From the IMG/VR virus record IMGVR_UViG_3300020048_006428, positions 183,178-247,177 of that record: a stretch of DNA of 64,000 bases; one strand, given 5' to 3'. This document shows positions 9,741 through 16,546 of this stretch, in pieces; within the stretch, counting starts at the first letter, position 1, and every line of letters starts with the position of its first letter. Both the position numbers and the translations under genes were made by a program. This stretch comes from a virus. Its lineage: Duplodnaviria; Heunggongvirae; Uroviricota; Caudoviricetes. The notes below the pieces were generated by a model. It worked only from the letters and a program-made list of their open reading frames with translations. It did not search any database and had not been told where the DNA came from.

Positions 9741-10031
9741 ATGAAGCATATAAAAACACAAAAGCAATTAAATGAAGATAAAAAATTGAATTTATCTGGT
9801 GTTATAAATAGTAAAATAAAAATCAACGAAAATGTTGATGAAAATATAAAAGTAATTGAAGATAGTTATAATGACTATATCTCTATTGAAGATAAATATA
9901 AAGAAGCTATGGCAAAACAAATTGCTATGACAGCGAAGGCATTTATTAAAAACAGAGGTGGGAATTTAGAAGATTGGTTAAGAATTTTTGCTGATGAAGA
10001 TATAGTCATTTCTAAATTGAAAGCACTTTAA
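9741..10031 (+). CDS. small protein, MKHIKTQKQLNE leader family
   Basis: N-terminus MKHIKTQKQLNEDKKLNLSGV paralogous to 10773 and 12326. Confidence 0.45.
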   Translation: MKHIKTQKQLNEDKKLNLSGVINSKIKINENVDENIKVIEDSYNDYISIEDKYKEAMAKQIAMTAKAFIKNRGGNLEDWLRIFADEDIVISKLKAL

Positions 10032-10047
10032 TTTTTATTTTATTGTT

Positions 10048-10071
10048 TATAACGGACACAGATATATGTAG
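10048..10071 (+). promoter_or_regulatory. TAACGG...ATATATGTAG conserved upstream motif (copy 1)
   Basis: ttataacggacacagatatatgtag, ~25 nt before ATG 10096; UTR tttaacacaaaacttaaataat shared with other copies. Confidence 0.5.
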
Positions 10072-10095
10072 TTTTTAACACAAAACTTAAATAAT

Positions 10096-10263
10096 ATGAA
10101 TAAAGATAATAAGAATACGGAACTTGATAACGGAGATAAAAAATTACATGTATCTGATGTTATGTGTTGTGTTTGTGAGACACCAATTTCAAGACCAGAG
10201 GTAATGGTATATAAGGATGGAAAACCTTGTCATTATATATGTTTTATTGAACATAACACATAA
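10096..10263 (+). CDS. Cys-rich small protein (55 aa), paralogue of 61348
   Basis: MNKDNKNTELDNGDKKLHVSDVMCCVCE... vs MEEVNKNTELDNTDKKLHISGVSCRFCG at 61348; below track size cutoff. Confidence 0.4.
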   Translation: MNKDNKNTELDNGDKKLHVSDVMCCVCETPISRPEVMVYKDGKPCHYICFIEHNT

Positions 10264-10282
10264 CGGTTACAAATAAATTTAG
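10256..10282 (+). promoter_or_regulatory. TAACGGTT...AAATTTAG motif (copy 2)
   Basis: cataacacataacggttacaaataaatttag before ATG 10309. Confidence 0.4.
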
Positions 10283-10308
10283 TAAATTTCTTTTTAAATA
10301 AAAATTTT

Positions 10309-10578
10309 ATGGAATACAAAACATACGATAATACAATTTTAGTAGAAGGTAAAAAATATAGATGGTCTGGATATTGTGAATCTGGATTATACACATCAAC
10401 AAAATGGACAAATCTAAAATGTAAGATTAGAAAAATTGACGATGATAAAATTTTTATTTATGACTATGATGATGATAAGGAATGGATTTTTACAAATATG
10501 GAACTTCGTGAAAATAAAGTAACATTCAAAAAAAGAAATTTATTTAATTTATTTGTTGTTATATTCAGTGAAACGTAG
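10309..10578 (+). CDS. small hypothetical protein
   Basis: ORF after motif copy 2. Confidence 0.35.
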   Translation: MEYKTYDNTILVEGKKYRWSGYCESGLYTSTKWTNLKCKIRKIDDDKIFIYDYDDDKEWIFTNMELRENKVTFKKRNLFNLFVVIFSET

Positions 10579-10602
10579 TTTGTGAGGAATGAACAAATTG
10601 AA

Positions 10603-10627
10603 TATAACGGTTGGGTATATATGAAGT
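10603..10627 (+). promoter_or_regulatory. TAACGGTTGGGTATATATGAAG motif variant (copy 3)
   Basis: tataacggttgggtatatatgaagt. Confidence 0.35.
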
Positions 10628-10706
10628 ACCTTACCACAAAACTTTAAATTTAGTATAAACTTTATAATGGTAAATCGTCAAGTGAGACACAAACAGTAGT
10701 AATTGT

Positions 10707-10732
10707 TTATAACGTTTCTCAGATATATTTAG
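10707..10732 (+). promoter_or_regulatory. TAACG..CAGATATATTTAG motif (copy 4)
   Basis: ttataacgtttctcagatatatttag, directly followed by TTTAATATATATACTAAAA motif 10741-10760. Confidence 0.5.
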
Positions 10733-10740
10733 GTTTTCTT

Positions 10741-10760
10741 TTTAATATATATACTAAAAT
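10741..10760 (+). promoter_or_regulatory. TTTAATATATATACTAAAAT conserved upstream motif (class 2)
   Basis: same motif before ATGs at 2457, 3130, 12326, 25586. Confidence 0.45.
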
Positions 10761-10772
10761 AAAAATACGAAG

Positions 10773-11003
10773 ATGAAACATTTAAAAACACAAAAACAAT
10801 TGAACGAAGGACAAGAAAACTTGAATATATCTGAAAAAGATATTTTAAAATTAGTAGAAGAAACATTCGGTGAAGAAATTTCAACTTCTTGTGCTGAAAC
10901 AGTATTAGGACTTGAAAGTTGGATTGATGGTAAAGAAGAATTTATGGAAAAGTTAGCTGAGAAGTTGAAATTGTTATTTGATGAGAGTGACTTATCTAAA
11001 TAA
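10773..11003 (+). CDS. small protein, MKHLKTQKQLNE leader family
   Basis: N-terminus MKHLKTQKQLNEGQENLNISEKD. Confidence 0.45.
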   Translation: MKHLKTQKQLNEGQENLNISEKDILKLVEETFGEEISTSCAETVLGLESWIDGKEEFMEKLAEKLKLLFDESDLSK

Positions 11004-11014
11004 TTTTATGTTTG

Positions 11015-11065
11015 CTAACGTCTAATGATAAACAATCGTTTTAATGTTGTTTATCATTTGTTATA
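11015..11065 (+). repeat. CTAACG + 10-bp-stem hairpin element (tgataaacaa..ttgtttatca), copy 1 of 4
   Basis: tgctaacgtctaatgataaacaatcgttttaatgttgtttatcatttgtta; identical core at 12574, 62048, 62338. Confidence 0.6.
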
Positions 11066-11379
11066 CACAGTAATTTGTGTAGTGGATTTAACTTTTTTTG
11101 ATTTTATAATATTTATAGAGCGGAAGTAATTCTTTGGTTTAATGAAAATGATATAGATTACTTTAATATGACTGACTTGGATATGTATATCTACTATGAT
11201 GAACTTAATTAGAAGTAGGAATGTTGAATATACCACCGAACCTCACATTACATATACACCTTGTTATACACAGTACGGGTTATTAAGATAGAATGTTTGT
11301 TTGGAATACTAATAAAAACTTTTTAAAAATGTGTGGTGGGAAATTTAATTTTGAATATTTATATATAAACTAAAATATT

Positions 11380-11523
11380 ATGAGTAAAGAAATGAGAGAA
11401 CAAATAGACAGAGTAAAGAACTGGAAACAGTTTTTGAATGAAAATATTAGTAATGGTTATACTATACACTGGTATATCATTAAAACAATGGGAAAATGTT
11501 TGGAAAAACAAAAACTTAACTGA
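11380..11523 (+). pseudogene. truncated paralogue of 62436 gene (MSKEMREQ...WKQFLNE)
   Basis: MSKEMREQIDRVKNWKQFLNENISNGY.. 47 aa vs 128-aa MSKEMREQINNWKQFLNEG at 62436; upstream flank also similar. Confidence 0.35.
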
Positions 11524-11679
11524 TAGAGAAACTAATGTGACTGATGATAAGTCGTTTGCGTTTGATTACTCATATGATTTTACAACAGGTGAATATGATG
11601 AGTAGCCGAACACCGAACTTGATTAGAAGTAGAAACTTAAATATTAACAACTGCAATAGTTTGAAACGCCTAACGGCTA

Positions 11680-11982
11680 TTGCTTATACACTTTGTTAGG
11701 CAATCGTTTATTATGAGAAGACTAATTTATAAAGAAGACCATCAAATGTATTATTTTATTCCAGTTGTTTTTGAAACTGACTCTAAAATCACAGTAGAAA
11801 AAATGGAAAAAATAAGTTATGAACCTGCTGGTGCTGGTAGAATGAGTACTGGTTTTAATGAGTTTAAAAAACTTATGGAGGATTACGGATATACTGTTAA
11901 TGAAATAGAAAGATTGGAACAAAATTCTACTCCAGAAAATAATACATTAGAAATAGTAATAGGCGCAACGGGTAACTATTAA
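11680..11982 (+). CDS. small hypothetical protein
   Basis: ORF; probable start MRRLIYKED at 11710. Confidence 0.3.
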   Translation: MLIHFVRQSFIMRRLIYKEDHQMYYFIPVVFETDSKITVEKMEKISYEPAGAGRMSTGFNEFKKLMEDYGYTVNEIERLEQNSTPENNTLEIVIGATGNY

Positions 11983-12055
11983 ATGTTGCCTAACGTTTTG
12001 CGTATATACGCAGTGCTGACGAAAACTTAAATTGAAACACAAAACTTGAAAATAT

Positions 12056-12253
12056 ATGAAAATATGGATTATTAAAAAACTTAAAGCATTGCGTATATAC
12101 GCTGTTATGTGTGGTTTTATTACACATAAGCAATATGTGGATAGTTATAAAAAATATGTAGAAAGCTCGACAGATGAAGAAGTAGGTACATTTGATTGGT
12201 TCGTTTACTATTGTAAGAAAAACAAAGAATTTAGAATTGAGCATCTTGCTTAA
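12056..12253 (+). CDS. small hypothetical protein
   Basis: ORF; contains gcgtatatacgc palindrome also present at 12003. Confidence 0.3.
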   Translation: MKIWIIKKLKALRIYAVMCGFITHKQYVDSYKKYVESSTDEEVGTFDWFVYYCKKNKEFRIEHLA

Positions 12254-12260
12254 AATCACA

Positions 12261-12285
12261 CATAACGGTTCTCAGATATATTTAG
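12261..12285 (+). promoter_or_regulatory. TAACGGTTCTCAGATATATTTAG motif (copy 5) followed by class-2 motif 12295-12312
   Basis: cataacggttctcagatatatttag ... taatttaatatatactaaaaaa before ATG 12326. Confidence 0.5.
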
Positions 12286-12325
12286 GTTTTCTAATTTAAT
12301 ATATACTAAAAAATAATTTAATAAT

Positions 12326-12547
12326 ATGAAAGATTTAAAACACATTAAAAGATTTAACGAGTCAGAAGAAAACTTGAATATATCTGATGTTAGTGATAGT
12401 AGAAAAAAACTACTTGAGTTAGTAAAATGTATGGATAGTAATATGGAAATGTTTAATAAAACAGGTGATGTTAATGATGTAGGGTATGTAGTTAGTGATA
12501 TTCGAGATATTATACATGAGATTGTTAAAATTATTGATGTGAAATAG
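12326..12547 (+). CDS. small protein, leader family (MKDLKHIKRFNESEENLNISDVSD)
   Basis: N-terminal motif shared with 9741/10773/2457 ORFs. Confidence 0.45.
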   Translation: MKDLKHIKRFNESEENLNISDVSDSRKKLLELVKCMDSNMEMFNKTGDVNDVGYVVSDIRDIIHEIVKIIDVK

Positions 12548-12560
12548 TTTTTTCTATTGT

Positions 12561-12612
12561 CACTAACGGAACATGATAAACAATCGTTTTAATGTTGTTT
12601 ATCATTTGTTAT
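12561..12612 (+). repeat. CTAACGG + hairpin element, copy 2 of 4
   Basis: cactaacggaacatgataaacaatcgttttaatgttgtttatcatttgttat. Confidence 0.6.
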
Positions 12613-12636
12613 AAGTTGTTTTTAATAAATTTGAAT

Positions 12637-13053
12637 ATGGAAAATTACATAAGGATTAAAGAAGGAGTTGATGATTTTTATTATGAAGAATTTAATATTT
12701 TAAAATCAGAAATTCAAAAAGATATAAAAGTTGAGATTATAAATAACTCTGAATTTGGAGATATTGGGGGTAGATTTAATTTTTTGAAACAGATAATATA
12801 TGTAAATTCAGAACAATCTAAAGAGAATATGTTTTTAACGCTTCTACATGAGTATGGACATTTTCTAACATTCAGAGATTATATCTATAAACATAATATA
12901 TGTCCTTATGAATATGGTAAAAATATATTAAAAAGAGAATTAGGTGCGTATTATCATGGGTGGAAATTCATAAAATCTAATTCAATTGGAGTTTCAAAAA
13001 AGAAGTGGAAAGAACATCATATTCAAATATTAAAAGATTATGGGGTATTGTGA
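12637..13053 (+). CDS. ImmA/IrrE-like HExxH metallopeptidase-like protein
   Basis: TLLHEYGHFL (HEYGH) motif; probable start MENYIRIKEG downstream of hairpin element. Confidence 0.4.
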   Translation: MENYIRIKEGVDDFYYEEFNILKSEIQKDIKVEIINNSEFGDIGGRFNFLKQIIYVNSEQSKENMFLTLLHEYGHFLTFRDYIYKHNICPYEYGKNILKRELGAYYHGWKFIKSNSIGVSKKKWKEHHIQILKDYGVL

Positions 13054-13061
13054 AAATAACT

Positions 13062-13086
13062 TATAACGGTTTGCAGCTATATTTAG
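13062..13086 (+). promoter_or_regulatory. TAACGGTTTGCAGCTATATTTAG motif (copy 6)
   Basis: identical 25-mer at 63581-63605. Confidence 0.5.
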
Positions 13087-13146
13087 TTGCGGACTTTGAA
13101 AACGAAAACTTTAAATAACCACAAAATTATGTTAGAAAACGAAAAT

Positions 13147-13362
13147 ATGAATGAAGCAGAAACTCCGCAATTGAATATAGGTGCTGTTATGTGTGCGTTG
13201 CCTTGTCCTTTTTGTGGCTCGGATATTGAAATTGAAACAACAACTTTTGGAGATAGCATGACTGATTTTTTTAGAGTAAACTGCAAACAAAAAGGACACT
13301 CACTTGATTGGTGGGAAGAAGATAAAAATAAAGCTATTGCTGTTTGGAACGAGAGGCAATGA
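13147..13362 (+). CDS. Lar-family-like zinc-ribbon protein (restriction alleviation-like), copy A
   Basis: ALPCPFCGSD...CKQKGH; near-identical to 63660 ORF; start chosen by paralogue (MNEAETPQLNIGAVMC). Confidence 0.45.
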   Translation: MNEAETPQLNIGAVMCALPCPFCGSDIEIETTTFGDSMTDFFRVNCKQKGHSLDWWEEDKNKAIAVWNERQ

Positions 13363-13422
13363 CACATAACTATAATATATCAACACCTATTACTAAAACC
13401 TCAACAAACAATCATTTAGACA

Positions 13423-14223
13423 ATGAAAAAAACAGATTACTACGAAATTTGTAATCAAAAATTGAAGTATTTAAATTATTCAGATAGGACAGTAAAGTCC
13501 TATCTGTTTTATATAAAACAATTTTTTGATGATATTAAAATATCACCAACAAGATTAACTTCTAAGGATTTCCAATCCTATTTAGATAACTATAACTTCA
13601 CTTCAGTTTCTCAACAGAATCAAGTAATTAACGCAATCCGATTTTTGTATAAATTCGGATTAAATAAAAAATATGATAAGGTTAGTTTTAAAAGACCTAA
13701 ATCAGAAAAGAAATTACCAAAGGTTATTGATGGAAATTTTATTAAGGAACAACTATCAAAAATTGAAAATATAAAACATAAGGCAATACTAACTTTAACC
13801 TATTCCGTTGGACTTAGAGTATCAGAAGTAATTAACCTTAAAATTGAAAATCTTGATTCTAAACGAATGATTATACATATCAAAAATGCCAAAGGTAGAA
13901 AAGATAGAATAGTTCCGCTGTCTAAAACTGTTTTGGAATTATTAAGGATATATTGGAAAGAATATAAACCAAAGGAATATCTTTTCAATGGTCAAAAAAC
14001 TTCAAAATATAGCTATACTAGTTGTAATAAAATCGTTAAAAAGTACTTAGGTGAAGAATATCATATACATCAATTAAGACATTCTTGTTTCACCAATTTA
14101 TTAGAAGTCGGTACTGATTTACGTATAATCCAAAAAATTGCAGGACATTCTAATGTTAAAACAACCGAAATTTATACACACGTTTCAAATCAATTATTAA
14201 GTAAAGTAAACTTACCTATTTAG
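13423..14223 (+). CDS. tyrosine site-specific recombinase (phage integrase family, XerC/D-size)
   Basis: R (LRVSE), K (KGRKDR), HQLRHS (HxxR), H (AGHSN) and catalytic Y (EIYTHV) all present. Confidence 0.8.
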   Translation: MKKTDYYEICNQKLKYLNYSDRTVKSYLFYIKQFFDDIKISPTRLTSKDFQSYLDNYNFTSVSQQNQVINAIRFLYKFGLNKKYDKVSFKRPKSEKKLPKVIDGNFIKEQLSKIENIKHKAILTLTYSVGLRVSEVINLKIENLDSKRMIIHIKNAKGRKDRIVPLSKTVLELLRIYWKEYKPKEYLFNGQKTSKYSYTSCNKIVKKYLGEEYHIHQLRHSCFTNLLEVGTDLRIIQKIAGHSNVKTTEIYTHVSNQLLSKVNLPI

Positions 14224-14226
14224 CAT

Positions 14227-14266
14227 AAAAAAAAGTCCAAATATTTAAAATATTTGGACTTTTTTA
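14227..14266. terminator. bidirectional rho-independent terminator hairpin
   Basis: aaaaaagtccaaatatttaaaatatttggactttttt between convergent genes. Confidence 0.6.
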
Positions 14267-14300
14267 GTATTTATTTTTCTAAGCGGATAAAATATAAAGT

Positions 14301-14338
14301 AAAAAAGTCCCAAACATATTAAATGTTTGGGACTTTTG
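14301..14338. terminator. second terminator hairpin (serves minus-strand operon)
   Basis: aaaaaagtcccaaacatattaaatgtttgggactttt; 12-bp stem. Confidence 0.6.
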
Positions 14339-14341
14339 TGT

Positions 14342-15427
14342 TTAGTTAGCTACTGTAAGGAATATCTTTCTATTCATTCTATCAACTGCAATTACTTTAA
14401 CTTTTATTTCACTGCCTTGTTCTAATTTCTTAGAAGATTTTTCCAATTCAGAAATATGTATTAGACCATTTGTTTCACCATCCAATCCAATCAATACACC
14501 AAATGATTTTGTATCTTTAACTATACCTTTAATTGTTTGACCAATTTTGATAGAGTCCCAAAGAGATTCACGAAGAACTTGTGTAAGAATTATCTTATCT
14601 TTGATAATCTCTTTAATGAAGAAATCAATTTCATAACCTGGTAGAATTTCATCAATTCTATCAACCAATTCCGGATTAAGGTTAGTTTTGTGTATCATAC
14701 CAGTCAAACATTCTTTGAATTCAACAAATACACCAAATTGAGTAGTTCCTGTTACGATACCAGTATAAACAACATTGTTTTTAAGTTCTTTAATCGCAAG
14801 TGGTATCAAAGTTTGAAGATATTTTCTTCTGCTTACAATATAAGTTCCTTCTTCTTGTGAAAAGGATTCAATCATAACATTGAAAGTCTGTCCAACAATT
14901 GCATTAGGTGATGAAAGTTTATTTATACCAGCTAATGTATTTGGCATAAATCCAGGTAAAGTAACACTTTCATATGAAATATCAACTGTATATCCAGCTG
15001 GAGTAAGTTCTTTAATGTATGCCATAACAGATACACCACCTTTTAGATTAGTCAAAGATTTTCTTGCTTTGCTTTCATAAAGTTCAGATAAACTACCATT
15101 TATTTCATAGCTTGTGTTGTTTACCTTTGTAATAAGAATGTCTACTTTATCACCAATGTTAGTATTAACTAAATACTTAGATTCACTTGGTTTATTTTCC
15201 ATTCTAACATAATCCTTAAATGATCCATCAAAAGCAAAATCAACACCTGATATACCAACATATGTTAGTGTAACAACTTTTCCTTCAACCGGAACTTGAA
15301 TATCAGATTCATCATAAAGTTTCAATAGGTCTTCTTGGGACATATATTTTTCATCAACTACCAATTCAGTAGCAAAAAAATCGGTATCCATAATTCTAGG
15401 ATCACCATAATAATTTTTCTTAGCCAT
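14342..15427 (-). CDS. rpsA: ribosomal protein S1 (bS1) homologue, four S1 domains
   Basis: IVSRRKYL (cf. E. coli VVSRRAV); S1 domains e.g. GQTIKGIVKDTKSFGVLIGLDGETNGLIHISEL and YTGIVTGTTQFGVFVEF; N-terminal arrangement like E. coli S1. Confidence 0.65.
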   Translation of the reverse strand: MAKKNYYGDPRIMDTDFFATELVVDEKYMSQEDLLKLYDESDIQVPVEGKVVTLTYVGISGVDFAFDGSFKDYVRMENKPSESKYLVNTNIGDKVDILITKVNNTSYEINGSLSELYESKARKSLTNLKGGVSVMAYIKELTPAGYTVDISYESVTLPGFMPNTLAGINKLSSPNAIVGQTFNVMIESFSQEEGTYIVSRRKYLQTLIPLAIKELKNNVVYTGIVTGTTQFGVFVEFKECLTGMIHKTNLNPELVDRIDEILPGYEIDFFIKEIIKDKIILTQVLRESLWDSIKIGQTIKGIVKDTKSFGVLIGLDGETNGLIHISELEKSSKKLEQGSEIKVKVIAVDRMNRKIFLTVAN

Positions 15428-15479
15428 ATTTTTTTATTTTTAAACGTTAGGTAATATATAAAAGAAAGTACTATAAGTT

Positions 15480-15848
15480 TTAGATTTTAGATTTTATTTC
15501 AATTTTATTTTTAATCATAAAATCTCTTAATTTAGCAGCTTCTTCATACTTTTCATATTTCAAATAATTATTTAGTTTATTATTTAATTCAATTGATAAA
15601 TCTTTTTTCTTTACTTTTTTTTCATTGTTATCAATTAATGAATTATAATAATCTTTCATTTGTGAAATATCAAAAAAATGAATTAGTTCTATATCATTTA
15701 GATCATTAAGTTTAGTATTATCTTTAATTTTATTTAAAAATTCTTTATCTAAAGCACCATTATCAATCAAAAACTTTGCTAAATTATTAGGTCTGTCTTT
15801 AAAATGTTTTAGAAAATAAAGTAGATTCTTATAAGTGTTATCATTCAT
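15480..15848 (-). CDS. hypothetical protein
   Basis: ORF in minus operon. Confidence 0.4.
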   Translation of the reverse strand: MNDNTYKNLLYFLKHFKDRPNNLAKFLIDNGALDKEFLNKIKDNTKLNDLNDIELIHFFDISQMKDYYNSLIDNNEKKVKKKDLSIELNNKLNNYLKYEKYEEAAKLRDFMIKNKIEIKSKI

Positions 15849-15856
15849 ATAGAATA

Positions 15857-16546
15857 TTATAATTTTTCAAAATATATATTATAGTAATATTTAAAGGAAT
15901 ATTGACTTGATGGTTTTTCTTGATAAAACTTAATCCTTATATCTAAATCATTAGCATCAGTTTCAGTTTGTATTTTAGTGAAAAGTGATGTTGAACCTTC
16001 AATACCAGCATCATATATATTTTTATATCTTAATCCTCCAACCGTCAATATATCAATATATTTTATAAACATTTCTACTTTGGTAAATTTATATCTACTT
16101 AATACATTCCTATCAATATATTCATATAATGCAGAATCAACATTATTACTAATTGTCATATTATTTCTAATGCCTTCAAAAGTTCTATATTTTTTCATAG
16201 TAGCAAATAAATAATTCCTTAATATCTTTTGGATTTCTATATCAGCAATCCATTTTGTGTTATTATTCATATCTGTTTCAGTTTGTGATTCATCAATAAA
16301 TAATACGTGATTAATTCCTTTGTCATTTACTGCATCATAAATTATCTGCGGTAAATTTCTTTCTGCATCAAAATCTAATTGTTCCTTTGTACCTAATTGA
16401 TAGAAGATAATATTTTCATTTTTAATATCAATCTTATCTTCTATATTAAGCATCTTTGAACCAAAAAATGAACTTTGTTCAAGCATATTCATTGTTCCAA
16501 ATATTGGCTTATAATCAAATTCAGGGCTTATATATGTTCTTCTCAT
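15857..16546 (-). CDS. hypothetical protein (start overlaps upstream stop, ATGA)
   Basis: ORF; translationally coupled to 16543..20901. Confidence 0.45.
   Translation of the reverse strand: MRRTYISPEFDYKPIFGTMNMLEQSSFFGSKMLNIEDKIDIKNENIIFYQLGTKEQLDFDAERNLPQIIYDAVNDKGINHVLFIDESQTETDMNNNTKWIADIEIQKILRNYLFATMKKYRTFEGIRNNMTISNNVDSALYEYIDRNVLSRYKFTKVEMFIKYIDILTVGGLRYKNIYDAGIEGSTSLFTKIQTETDANDLDIRIKFYQEKPSSQYSFKYYYNIYFEKL

Larger units (their letters stand above)
13062..13392 (+). repeat. ~330-bp segment near-identical to 63581-63911 (motif + Lar-like gene + 3' flank)
   Basis: long stretches identical by eye, including flanks ttgaatataacggtttgcagctatatttagttgcggactt and tgacacataacta(t/g)aatatatcaacacctatt. 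Confidence 0.7.

Noticed and set aside
12592-12636. Upstream extension of the ImmA-like ORF (track start 12592, MLFIICYKLF..)
   Set aside because: The extension runs through the conserved hairpin element 12574-12604 and has junk-like composition, so I moved the start to ATG 12637 (MENYIRIKEG).
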